Shown in pieces: positions 28,533 through 38,292 of a stretch of DNA of 64,000 nt. The notes under the pieces are model-generated. The model did no database searches, was not told the DNA's origin, and worked only from the letters and a program-made list of their open reading frames with translations. Each line of letters starts with the position of its first letter. Within the stretch, counting starts at the first letter, position 1. Both the position numbers and the translations under genes were made by a program. Origin of the DNA: a virus (lineage: Duplodnaviria; Caudoviricetes); IMG/VR virus record IMGVR_UViG_3300042291_000844, positions 1 to 64,000 of that record; one strand, given 5' to 3'.

Positions 28533-31304
28533 TTAGAAAGTTCCACCATCTAATTCGTTTGAAGCAACGAATGATGAACCATTCCATTGAATTAAATCAC
28601 CAGCGTTTGATGGAGTTACTGAGATTAACTTCTTAGAACCATTCGATACTACGAATGAGTTAGCAGTTAATCCACTAATTATCAAATCAGTTCCGATAGT
28701 TACTTTAACAGCATCATCAGAAATTTGAGAATTTACAAATAATCCACTTGCTCCTACTACTTGAACTGAACCTGATGTTGGAGTTGCACTGAATCTAGCA
28801 AGTTCTTTTTCAGAACCTAACGCTCCAGCTTTCCAATAATCAGATGTAGAATCCCAAAGTAAAGAACCAGATGCAGTGTTTGGATTAGTAGCATCTTTTA
28901 CTAATAAACCACCATTTGCTGCTCCACTTCCGTTTAATTCAAGAACGTTATCACCGATTTGTACGGTCGTAGAATCAACTGTTGTAGTTGTACCTTGAAC
29001 ATATAAGTTACCAGCGATTGTTACTGAATCTGCAGTTGAGTTACCTAAGAAAACATTACCATTTGCAGTAAATGAACCAGAAACCGTTACGTTATCAGGT
29101 AAACCGATAGTTACTGTCCCGCCTGAACCTAAAGTTACTGAACCACCTGTGATTTCGATTTCATTAGCTGTTCCTTGTACGGTCAATGAAGTATTACCTT
29201 CTACTGCAGTACCAGATGTTGAACCATAATCCACTTTTAATGAATTATCGCCACCATCTAAAGAAAGACCAGTTCCTGCAACATCAGCGTTTAAAGTTGC
29301 AGCGTTTACACCACCTGCTTTAATTGCGACATTACCAGAAGTTACACCGAAATTAGTAGCATCAAATGAAGCAACACCCTTTGCAGATGTACTTGCATTA
29401 TCAGCTGTAATTGTAATTGTATTAGCTGATACTGCTGCAGATATTGAATTTGAACCCGTTACTAATAACGCTTCAGTTTTCAAATTAAGTGTATCATTAC
29501 CAGTAGAACCACTAAATGCTAATGTACTTGCAATACCTGTTAATGCAGAACCATCTCCTGAGAATGTTCCAAAATGTGAACCACTAAATGAACCACTTGC
29601 AGATACACCTGTTAATGTTGCAAGATTGATTGTAGTTGAATCCAATTGAGAAGAACCAGAAACGATTCCTGCAGGGATTGAAGATATATTCGCGTAAGTA
29701 ATTTGAGATGAACCTGAAACTATACCATTTGTAGCGTTTATTGCTCCGTATACGTTAGTTGCATAGACATTAGCGAATAATCTACTAGCAGAACCTAAAC
29801 TACGAACATTAGAACCAGAAGGTATAATATCTGAAGTTAAATCTGCTGCGAATGATACTGTATCAGTTGTAGAATCACCAATAGTGATATTACCACCTAA
29901 AATTAAGTTACCATCAATTTTAGCGTTTCCAGTGATATCCAAAGATGAACCAGAAATACCTGCAACATTTATATTTTGACTTACTAAGTTTGCAACTATT
30001 TGTGATGAACCACTTACAATTCCACCTGGTTTACCATTAAGGTTTTCCCATGTAGCTGCTGCGGTTGATGCACTGATTGCTGTTGCTACTGAACCACTAT
30101 ATGTATCGTATCCGTTTACTTGTGTTAAAAGTATTTGTTGAGATGCAGTAACAAGATTGTCACCACCCATTAATGCTATTTTACTTTCAGCTCCTAATAC
30201 TCCTGCTTTCCAGTAATCATTAGTTACATCCCAAAGTAAAGAACCAGATACTGTTGAACCACCTGTAGCATCTCTTACAACTAACCCACCATCAGATGTT
30301 CCAGCTGCGTTTAATACTAATATATTATCAGCTAAGTTAATTGTTGTTGAATCAACGACAGTTTGAGTACCTTGTACAAACAAGTTACCTTTTACGGTCG
30401 TATCACCATTAAATGTTACATTAACACCACTTGCAGTAAATGCTGCTCTTAATGATGCAGTGTAATTTTGAATATTATCTATTGATGATGAAGCCGATGC
30501 ACTGAATGTATTTAATGCACTTAATATATCAACTACTTGTGAAGAACCAGAAACGGTCCCCGTTGGTAATAATGGAATGATACCAGCTGAACCTGAAATT
30601 ACACCATCTGCATCTAATTTAGATTTAACGTTTGAATCAAAGTTTGTAATTGAATCTGCATCTACTTGAGAAGAACCACTAACAATTCCTGCTGGAATTG
30701 AAGCGATATTTGCATAAGTAATTTGAGATGAACCACTAACAATTCCTGTTGGAATTGAAGAGATATTCGCGTAAGTAATTTGAGATGAACCAGAAACTGT
30801 TCCGGTTGGTAATAATGGGATGATACCAGCTGAACCTGAAATTACACCGTCAGCATCTAATTTAGATTTAACGTTTGAATCAAAGTTAGTGATTGAATCC
30901 GCATCTACTTGTGCAGAACTTGAAATAGTTCCAGTCGGTAATAAAGCAGCAACTTGACCAGAACCTGAAACGATTCCTGTTCCGCCAGTATTTGCTGTTG
31001 CTTTTACCTCAACATTACCACCTTTATTAACGATGAATAATTTTTCAGTTGATGTGTTATAAAATGGAATACCATCTATTGAGGTATCATATGTTGCTCC
31101 TGTTAAATCAGGTGTTGCAGTTCCTTGTAAAATTTTATTTGCGGGAGTTACTGTTGAACCATCAATACCTACGAATAAGATTGAGTTACCATTAGTTGCT
31201 GTGATTCCTGCTGAACCCGTTACAACTAATAATTCACCTGCTCTTTTTGTAGCACTTGATACGGATTCTAACGAACCCCTCCTATGTTTAATTATTTGTG
31301 CCAT
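28533..31304 (-). CDS. Ser/Gly-rich structural fibre protein
   Basis: MAQIIKHRRG N-terminus; SGSSQ repeats; two GGL.V.D...SGSLLWD modules; ends LDGGTF. Confidence 0.8.
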   Translation of the reverse strand: MAQIIKHRRGSLESVSSATKRAGELLVVTGSAGITATNGNSILFVGIDGSTVTPANKILQGTATPDLTGATYDTSIDGIPFYNTSTEKLFIVNKGGNVEVKATANTGGTGIVSGSGQVAALLPTGTISSSAQVDADSITNFDSNVKSKLDADGVISGSAGIIPLLPTGTVSGSSQITYANISSIPTGIVSGSSQITYANIASIPAGIVSGSSQVDADSITNFDSNVKSKLDADGVISGSAGIIPLLPTGTVSGSSQVVDILSALNTFSASASSSIDNIQNYTASLRAAFTASGVNVTFNGDTTVKGNLFVQGTQTVVDSTTINLADNILVLNAAGTSDGGLVVRDATGGSTVSGSLLWDVTNDYWKAGVLGAESKIALMGGDNLVTASQQILLTQVNGYDTYSGSVATAISASTAAATWENLNGKPGGIVSGSSQIVANLVSQNINVAGISGSSLDITGNAKIDGNLILGGNITIGDSTTDTVSFAADLTSDIIPSGSNVRSLGSASRLFANVYATNVYGAINATNGIVSGSSQITYANISSIPAGIVSGSSQLDSTTINLATLTGVSASGSFSGSHFGTFSGDGSALTGIASTLAFSGSTGNDTLNLKTEALLVTGSNSISAAVSANTITITADNASTSAKGVASFDATNFGVTSGNVAIKAGGVNAATLNADVAGTGLSLDGGDNSLKVDYGSTSGTAVEGNTSLTVQGTANEIEITGGSVTLGSGGTVTIGLPDNVTVSGSFTANGNVFLGNSTADSVTIAGNLYVQGTTTTVDSTTVQIGDNVLELNGSGAANGGLLVKDATNPNTASGSLLWDSTSDYWKAGALGSEKELARFSATPTSGSVQVVGASGLFVNSQISDDAVKVTIGTDLIISGLTANSFVVSNGSKKLISVTPSNAGDLIQWNGSSFVASNELDGGTF
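30537..30911 (-). repeat. Internal 132-nt duplication (30780-30911 and 30537-30668)
   Basis: Identical 44-aa translation QVDADSITNF...SGSSQ; 11 nucleotide differences, all at third codon positions. Confidence 0.9.
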
Positions 31305-31430
31305 TGTTTTCCTTCTTTGTTTTTTTAATTTAAATGATAACCTTTATTTTTTTGGTTGTAAGGACATATGCCTAAATAATAAAACACTATGTAGTGTTAT
31401 GAATATAAGTATAAAGATATTTTAGATTTA

Positions 31431-31988
31431 TTATATTTTACCGCAGTCAATCGTAAAAGAACCGGATGAAATTACAGATTCTACTCCACTTTGAAAATGT
31501 AAAGAGCCAGTATCTAATGAAAATGATATTGTAGTTCCAGATACTGAGCCGGTTAATCCATTAGATGCTTCGTATGTGTTACCACCACCAAAAGTGTAAG
31601 TGTTCCAAGTAATAGAATCACTAAACGTATTCGAGAAATCTGCGTATGTTACATCAGCCTGATATAATGTGTTGGTATCTACAACATAAACGATTTGACC
31701 ATCTGTAAAATAATTTGCATAAACAGCGGTTAAATCTGCATAAGTTGGGTAGATTTGAAATGCCCCTCTATTACTTAATAGGACTTCCTCCCAACCATTA
31801 ACATTCGCTACATTTAAGGTATCTTTTAATACCCATATAGTGTTTGTATCGCGTTGATAGACAAGTAAACCTTCATATATGTTTGCGGCGGATAATGCAT
31901 AACGTGCCGTTTGGTCTGCTAAACTAAATCTAGCATCGACCGGTTCACTATTCGTTATATTAAATCCACCAGGTAATATGATTGCCAT
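31431..31988 (-). CDS. Putative structural protein
   Basis: PVDARF.......YEGLLVYQRDTNTIWVL module; lies in the fibre cluster. Confidence 0.7.
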   Translation of the reverse strand: MAIILPGGFNITNSEPVDARFSLADQTARYALSAANIYEGLLVYQRDTNTIWVLKDTLNVANVNGWEEVLLSNRGAFQIYPTYADLTAVYANYFTDGQIVYVVDTNTLYQADVTYADFSNTFSDSITWNTYTFGGGNTYEASNGLTGSVSGTTISFSLDTGSLHFQSGVESVISSGSFTIDCGKI

Positions 31989-32008
31989 TTTGTATCTTTT
32001 CTATTTTA

Positions 32009-34618
32009 TTATGTTAATATATATGTTATACTACTTCCTGCACCACCTGCATTTAAAAGAGTTGTTCTATAAACTTTATATTGTCCAACTGTTGTTAATG
32101 TAAATTGTCCTAATACCGCGAAACCACTTGTTGAGATACCTGTTAAGTTTGCTCTAGCTGAATCAAATACTATATAAAGATATTTATCACCACTCCAACT
32201 AATTGTTAGGGTTTGCCCACTCGCAGTTGTTGTTCCTTTTACAATCGTTCCTATTGCACCACCCAATGTAGTATCCCACAATGCTAGTGTTTCCAATTCT
32301 CCCGCCGTAAATGATGTTGCTGCACTTGCACCATGTCTTAAACTTCTAATCTTACTATAAGTATTAGTAGTAGTCGATGTTGTTGTTAAATCAGAACTAT
32401 TATCACCTGACGGAGATGCGTAATTTGCAGTTGCGGTTATACTAATTGAAGTAGAACCCGTTGCAGAACCAGTTACATAATAAGGTGATGCCACATCGGT
32501 TGTTACACTTGTCAAATTCCAACTATTAGAAGGATTTGCAGATGATGATGTAAATGTAATACTACCTGTTGCACCTTGTTCAATTTGATTTGAACTATAT
32601 CCTAACTGAACCGATGGAGTTGAACTCAATGTCGGATTAGCAGGATTTGATTTAGATAAAGTTCCCGTTGTTGTAGTCGATGTTTTATATAATGAACCAT
32701 CCAATGGAGAACTTGCAGTATATTGTAAAGTATAGGTATGTGAACCTGATGTTGTTGTACTATATGTTAAAGATGTTCCACTACCAACTTGTGTTAATAG
32801 AGTTGCCCCTTCAAATAAAGATGCACTTACTATTGTATATCCTTGATTATTCCAAGCCCCATTAACTGAATACGCATCGGTTACTTTATTGAACCTATCA
32901 GTTGCGAATCCACTTAAAGATGCTGCTACTGATGTTGGTGCGGTTGGTGTTCCAAAAATAAATTTAAGAACTCCGTTTGTAAATGTTACTGCGGTATTAT
33001 TATCAAAATCAGCTACTTCAATTCCTGTCAATTGTTCAACACTATTAGTTACATAGTTGATATAACCACTACTTTGAGATAATGTTTCTAATGTAGTTGC
33101 TATTGATGAACTAAATGTGGTTAAATCAGCATCAGTTGCAAAAATATTATCTAAAGATGATGTTATTTGGTCAGAACTACTTATAATTCCGCTTGGAAGG
33201 TTATTTAATTCAGTAAATGAAATTTGAGATGAACCGGATATCACTCCATCACTTCCAGCTAATAATATGTATTCTTCACTATCTTTAGGACCTGCTATCC
33301 ATCTATCATTAATTGAATCCCATAATAAAGAACCAGTTACTAAATTTGGGTCATCTAAATCTTTTACTAATAACCCACCATATTGTAAACCCCTACCATT
33401 TAATTCAATTATATTATCACCTAATTGAATTGTAGTTGAGTTAATTGTAGTGGTTGTTCCTTTAACTGTTAAATTACCATTAATTGTTACATTCGTACCA
33501 CTTGCAGTAATTGCTGCATTAAGTGATTGTGTAAACGAATTAAATGAACTTGATAAAAGGAATCCTGCGTTTTGAATTTGGGTAGACCCACTTATTGTAC
33601 CAGAAGGAACACCTGAGGATGCTAATGAATCTACATCTTGTCTAAGTCCTACAATTGATGCGGACATTAGAGATGATGATATCGTTAATTCAGCTACTGA
33701 TTGACTTGTAGCGTAACTTCCACTTACAAATCCTAATGCAGTTATTTGTGCTGATGAACTTATTAAATCTGATGGTAGGATTACGTTTTGGACACTACCA
33801 CTTAGAGTATATCTACTATCGTATGATGATGTAAGTTGTGATGAACCACTAATAGTACCATTTGGTACTGAATCTGATGAACTTACAAATCCTAATGCAG
33901 TTATTTGTGCAGAAGAACTGATTGTTCCAGCCGGTATGGTTGTTCCGCCTCCAAAACTACCTGATTGAGTAGCAAGAGTATCAAATTTTTGATTTATTGA
34001 TGAAGTAAACGCATTTAATGCAGATATATCAGTTGAAGAACTGACAAATCCCAATGAAGTTATTTGTGCAGAAGAACTAATTGTTCCAGTAGGTACTGAA
34101 GCAGATGAACTAACAAATCCTAATGCGGTAATTTGTGAACTACCACTTATAATACCATTCGGTACGTTTATAAGTTGAGTATAATCATCCGTACCACCTC
34201 CTCCACCCCCTACTACATATCCTAACGCACTGATTTGTGCAGATGAACTAATAATTCCTCTACCCTTTGTTTCGTAAGATGAAGTTGCTTGGGTTAAGTT
34301 TGAAAGTTGTGAATTAACCGATGCAGTATAAGTAGCAAGAGTTAAATCCTTAGTATTTTGTGAACCACTAAAAGTATTTAAATCCGTTAAGATGCCAATT
34401 ATTTGAGATGACCCACTAACTAATGTTGGTGCGTTAACAATACTACCAAAATTGATATTAGTTAATCCTGCACCATTACCCGTAAAGGTATTGGCCCTTA
34501 TATTACCAGATGCGGTTATATCCGTAGCAACTAAAGACCCACTTACTGTGAATATTCCTTCAACTACTGAAGCGGTTACAACCCCCTGTATTTGTTTACT
34601 TTTAATAAGTGTAGCCAT
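32009..34618 (-). CDS. Ser/Thr-rich structural fibre protein
   Basis: MATLIKSKQI N-terminus; ISSSAQITALG repeats; C-terminal beta-rich domain. Confidence 0.75.
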   Translation of the reverse strand: MATLIKSKQIQGVVTASVVEGIFTVSGSLVATDITASGNIRANTFTGNGAGLTNINFGSIVNAPTLVSGSSQIIGILTDLNTFSGSQNTKDLTLATYTASVNSQLSNLTQATSSYETKGRGIISSSAQISALGYVVGGGGGGTDDYTQLINVPNGIISGSSQITALGFVSSSASVPTGTISSSAQITSLGFVSSSTDISALNAFTSSINQKFDTLATQSGSFGGGTTIPAGTISSSAQITALGFVSSSDSVPNGTISGSSQLTSSYDSRYTLSGSVQNVILPSDLISSSAQITALGFVSGSYATSQSVAELTISSSLMSASIVGLRQDVDSLASSGVPSGTISGSTQIQNAGFLLSSSFNSFTQSLNAAITASGTNVTINGNLTVKGTTTTINSTTIQLGDNIIELNGRGLQYGGLLVKDLDDPNLVTGSLLWDSINDRWIAGPKDSEEYILLAGSDGVISGSSQISFTELNNLPSGIISSSDQITSSLDNIFATDADLTTFSSSIATTLETLSQSSGYINYVTNSVEQLTGIEVADFDNNTAVTFTNGVLKFIFGTPTAPTSVAASLSGFATDRFNKVTDAYSVNGAWNNQGYTIVSASLFEGATLLTQVGSGTSLTYSTTTSGSHTYTLQYTASSPLDGSLYKTSTTTTGTLSKSNPANPTLSSTPSVQLGYSSNQIEQGATGSITFTSSSANPSNSWNLTSVTTDVASPYYVTGSATGSTSISITATANYASPSGDNSSDLTTTSTTTNTYSKIRSLRHGASAATSFTAGELETLALWDTTLGGAIGTIVKGTTTASGQTLTISWSGDKYLYIVFDSARANLTGISTSGFAVLGQFTLTTVGQYKVYRTTLLNAGGAGSSITYILT
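34341..34389. repeat. 49-nt perfect repeat, copy 2
   Basis: Identical to 20279-20327. Confidence 0.9.
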
Positions 34619-34623
34619 AATTC

Positions 34624-35010
34624 TTAAATATCCACTAGTTTTCCTTTAACCATAAATTCACTTATAAGAATCTCACTTGGAGTATAAGCTATTGCTTGAT
34701 TAAATGTTATTATTATATTATTACCACTGGTCGTAACATCATATAAAGTTGGTTCTTGTAATATACCTTGTAGATATACATCTACATAATCTTTGGTATT
34801 ATTAAATTTTAATTCTTCAAATTCAAATTTTTTATTAGTTAAAGTTAATGTAAATAGTGTATCAGTAAGTTCATCTAACTCCATATCATCAGTACCACCT
34901 ATTAATTGGTATGAACGTCTAAATGTATCATCAAATACTTCATATATTAATTCCTTTACACGAGTTCTATCGTTAAAAGGAATTTTTTTTATTTTTGGTG
35001 CTACTTTCAT
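34624..35010 (-). CDS. Hypothetical structural protein
   Basis: 128 aa, ATGA-coupled to the upstream gene; DVYLQG...Y motif resembles its neighbours. Confidence 0.75.
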   Translation of the reverse strand: MKVAPKIKKIPFNDRTRVKELIYEVFDDTFRRSYQLIGGTDDMELDELTDTLFTLTLTNKKFEFEELKFNNTKDYVDVYLQGILQEPTLYDVTTSGNNIIITFNQAIAYTPSEILISEFMVKGKLVDI

Positions 35011-35339
35011 AGTATTTCAAAATCTCCCTTCATTACAATATTATCGTTTGTAGTAATATCATATGCGTTTACAAAATTAGCTTTTTTAAATTTAACTAAA
35101 ATATCTGCATTATACCCTTCCATCACATAATCTTTTTCGGATATGTATTGCCCGTTAATAAATATATCAAAACGTGCGTGTTCGCTTCGTAAAGGTCTAA
35201 GAAAGGATTCTAAATCTTTAAGTTTAGTATTTTTTGCACCCCATACCCAATATAGTGGGTGATTCATATCCATTGGTATCAATGAATACTCATTTTGGTC
35301 TTCAATTTGTTTTAATATTTTATTTAAATCATATATCAT
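35007..35339 (-). CDS. Hypothetical structural protein
   Basis: 110 aa, ATGA-coupled; FDIFINGQYI motif resembles the C-terminus of 35336..36481 (FKVYINGVLI). Confidence 0.75.
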   Translation of the reverse strand: MIYDLNKILKQIEDQNEYSLIPMDMNHPLYWVWGAKNTKLKDLESFLRPLRSEHARFDIFINGQYISEKDYVMEGYNADILVKFKKANFVNAYDITTNDNIVMKGDFEIL

Positions 35340-36481
35340 AATTCAATAAATTTTCCAGTTACTGCTATTTCATCAGTAGTTTCTATTGGGTATCCTAATT
35401 CATCCTCATTTGGATTTTCTATAATTTCTGCACCATCAAAAACAAATTGAATTTCATTTGTAGTAGCATCATATGAATAAGTGTATTTTCTAAATGGGAT
35501 TAATACTCCATTTATATAAACCTTAAACCATTCTCCTGCAGCAACATATGTATTTCTCAATTCTGGCGGGCATATAGGTAATTTTACATTGGTTAACTTA
35601 ATAGTAGATGAGTTGATAAAGATTGGTGCAAATGAACTTCCCAATACACCACCTTGTGCCCCTCTAATAGTAATAAAATCAATTAGGTCTGAATATTCAT
35701 TATACATTTGTTGTCTTGTATAATTTACATTACCACCAGATAAATCAGTTTCTATACCCCATACTACTTTTTTAGGAGATAATGATTTTTTAGTAGTCGG
35801 TTGATTATCAAATTTTTCAGGTAATAAATACGCATTGACTGTCATTGTAAATGTAGTTCTTACAATTCTTTGTGCACCGTCTCCTACTTCCTGTTGATTC
35901 TCAAATGAATCTATTTTTGTACGAAATTTAAACCCAGATTGGTCTCCCCAATATTCATCCGTTGCATATTGAAATGCTTCAACGATTTTATTCATATGTT
36001 CGGTAAAATCTGTCCATATAATAACATCATAAGTTACACTAACATAATCCGGCATTGTTATATTATATTGTTCAACCGGTCTTTTAGTATCCGTCATTAG
36101 GCTAAACTTATCATACTTATGTTTTTTAGAATACATAGATATGGTAGGATATGATACATGACGATTCATTGTATTAGCCAATGATTCATCTCTAGCAATT
36201 GAATTTCGTTTGAATACAACTATTGGGGTTTGAACTTGTCCGTTTTTATCTCTTAAAAATCCATCTCTTCTTATAGCTTTCCATCTTTCTGGATTACCAT
36301 ATATTACAGGTACTTTTATTGATTCACCTAAAATTTCTAAACTAGGAACGACAGTATCTACCATATGTTCAGCAATTGCTAAATCAACATCATATAACTT
36401 CACTCCTTTAAACTGATTTTTGGGTTCAGTTTTAAGTTGTTCTGCTCTATTTAGTGGTTTTTTTAGTGGGTCTACTGCCAT
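35336..36481 (-). CDS. Tail completion / sheath stabilizer (gp15-like) with C-terminal extension
   Basis: VPVIYGNPERW...P.Y..VTY.V.IWT...MNKIVE; neck-region synteny. Confidence 0.7.
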   Translation of the reverse strand: MAVDPLKKPLNRAEQLKTEPKNQFKGVKLYDVDLAIAEHMVDTVVPSLEILGESIKVPVIYGNPERWKAIRRDGFLRDKNGQVQTPIVVFKRNSIARDESLANTMNRHVSYPTISMYSKKHKYDKFSLMTDTKRPVEQYNITMPDYVSVTYDVIIWTDFTEHMNKIVEAFQYATDEYWGDQSGFKFRTKIDSFENQQEVGDGAQRIVRTTFTMTVNAYLLPEKFDNQPTTKKSLSPKKVVWGIETDLSGGNVNYTRQQMYNEYSDLIDFITIRGAQGGVLGSSFAPIFINSSTIKLTNVKLPICPPELRNTYVAAGEWFKVYINGVLIPFRKYTYSYDATTNEIQFVFDGAEIIENPNEDELGYPIETTDEIAVTGKFIEL

Positions 36482-37035
36482 TAGTATGTTCTCTCCTCAA
36501 TTTGAACTTGTGAACGTTTTACCATCATACCAGTAGCAACAAGTTGCATACTTGCATCTGAGAATGTGTTTGTAGATTGGTCATATATTTTTGATGAACC
36601 ACCTATTAACATAGTATCCATAACATTATTTATTTCATAATAAAATTCATCAAACAAAATAATATCTCCGATTTCAGGATATCCATATTGTGTATTTTGT
36701 ATTGCATCTGCAGGGATTTCGTTACCATTGATATCTCGTATCTTTGGTATCTCATGCGTTCTTAATCTTTCTTTATTAAAACGGAATTCTACATTTTGTT
36801 GTGTATCCGGTCCAAATTCATCATAATTTGAAGTAGTATTCTCTCTATCAACAATACACATCAAATTAGCGGGTGCATGGTATATTTTACCCAATGATTC
36901 ACCATATAAATTAGTTTTTGATTCGCCAACTGATATTTTGAATAGGGTAATAGTTGTTTCCACTACATAATCCACCACTTCTTCAGCGATAGTTTTTATG
37001 AACTCCAAATCTCTACTATGAAAAAACTTTGGCAT
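36481..37035 (-). CDS. Neck / head closure protein (gp14-like)
   Basis: NLYGES...FG.D......F......PEIGDII.FD..YYEI; follows the gp13-like gene. Confidence 0.7.
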   Translation of the reverse strand: MPKFFHSRDLEFIKTIAEEVVDYVVETTITLFKISVGESKTNLYGESLGKIYHAPANLMCIVDRENTTSNYDEFGPDTQQNVEFRFNKERLRTHEIPKIRDINGNEIPADAIQNTQYGYPEIGDIILFDEFYYEINNVMDTMLIGGSSKIYDQSTNTFSDASMQLVATGMMVKRSQVQIEERTY

Positions 37036-37041
37036 ATGTTA

Positions 37042-38193
37042 TTATCCTATGTATATTGCTAATGGAACTGATTTAATTATTTTTTGTTGTTGTTCAACCA
37101 TATTGGATTCATTTTCCATTCTGGTCTTTTTACTAACCTCTTCTAAGTTTTCTCTCAATTGAGTTACTAATGATTCCTTTTCAGTTTGTGCTTCTGCCCT
37201 TAGTGCTGCACCATCCAATGAAACATCCGAACCAGGAATTGGTATAGTAGAATATTTTTCTCTAATTGCACCTAATAATTCTTTAGCAAGTGCAAGAGTA
37301 TATTTTCTAATCCATTGTTTACCAACATCATTGATTTTTGAATAATCTTGAAACTGATATCCAACATTTGAATAATCACTTACAACATTAGGGGTTATTA
37401 TAGTATTTCCTTCTCTAAAATCTTTCTTAACCATATACTCAAACCACAACCTTTCAGCTTTAGTTGGTATTGGGAATATTTGTATTTTATTATTTACAAT
37501 ATTGAATGTAAATGCAGATTTACGGAATTGGTCATTAAATTCAATTGCTTGAATTCTTAACATATCCTCATACATTGGCATTAGAATGAATTGTGCTGCG
37601 GGTGAGAACGAACCAAAGCCAAATTCATCAATTAAGTTCAAAGTACCTTGTCCACTTACTGAATACGGGTCAAAGAAACGTGATATTGCAGGTGTTGCTT
37701 CATGATATACTCTTGTTATATCAATTCGTTCACCACTTTCACTTACATCACCCCATAGTTCTTGTAAATCATAATTTTGATTACCAGCTTGAACTACGAT
37801 ATTTCCTTTTTTAATATCAATTCTACCACCAACATTTGCTTGAGTACCATAACTTTCTGCAATAGTAATTACATTGTTTAATTCGCTACCTAATACTGAT
37901 TTGTTAGTAAAATTTGAACTTGTGGGTTGACCTTCAAGGGCACCCATATTGTTTCGTATGTTAAATTGATTAACTTGTGCAGAATATTCACTCACCGCCT
38001 CTTCAAACACCGCAAAGAAACTACTTGATATCAATTCTACATCTACAATTGGATAACCTAACCTTTGTGCACACCACGATGCAACTTTAGGGGCATCTAA
38101 TTGAAAGTTTGAATCATTATCATATAATCCGAATGGGGTAGATGAACCAGTAACGAAAGTTGCCGTACCTGTCCATACTCTTGATTGCGACAT
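37042..38193 (-). CDS. Neck protein (gp13-like); start corrected to MSQSR at 38193
   Basis: RLGYPIVDVEL, WIRKYTLALAKELLG..R.KY..IPIPG..VSLDG..L motifs; TAAGGAG RBS before 38193. Confidence 0.85.
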   Translation of the reverse strand: MSQSRVWTGTATFVTGSSTPFGLYDNDSNFQLDAPKVASWCAQRLGYPIVDVELISSSFFAVFEEAVSEYSAQVNQFNIRNNMGALEGQPTSSNFTNKSVLGSELNNVITIAESYGTQANVGGRIDIKKGNIVVQAGNQNYDLQELWGDVSESGERIDITRVYHEATPAISRFFDPYSVSGQGTLNLIDEFGFGSFSPAAQFILMPMYEDMLRIQAIEFNDQFRKSAFTFNIVNNKIQIFPIPTKAERLWFEYMVKKDFREGNTIITPNVVSDYSNVGYQFQDYSKINDVGKQWIRKYTLALAKELLGAIREKYSTIPIPGSDVSLDGAALRAEAQTEKESLVTQLRENLEEVSKKTRMENESNMVEQQQKIIKSVPLAIYIG

Positions 38194-38222
38194 ATTTATT
38201 CTCCTTAATACATTTATTCTTA

Positions 38223-38230
38223 TATAAATA
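38223..38230 (-). promoter_or_regulatory. Late-type motif
   Basis: Plus-strand TATAAATA between a terminator and the neck gene. Confidence 0.65.
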
Positions 38231-38239
38231 TAAAATAAC

Positions 38240-38270
38240 AAAAAAGGGAGTGAATAAATCCACTCCCTTT
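38240..38270 (-). terminator. Rho-independent terminator
   Basis: AAAGGGAGTG/CACTCCCTTT stem with a T-run on the minus strand. Confidence 0.8.
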
Positions 38271-38292
38271 CAAATCTTATGTTTTATATCTA

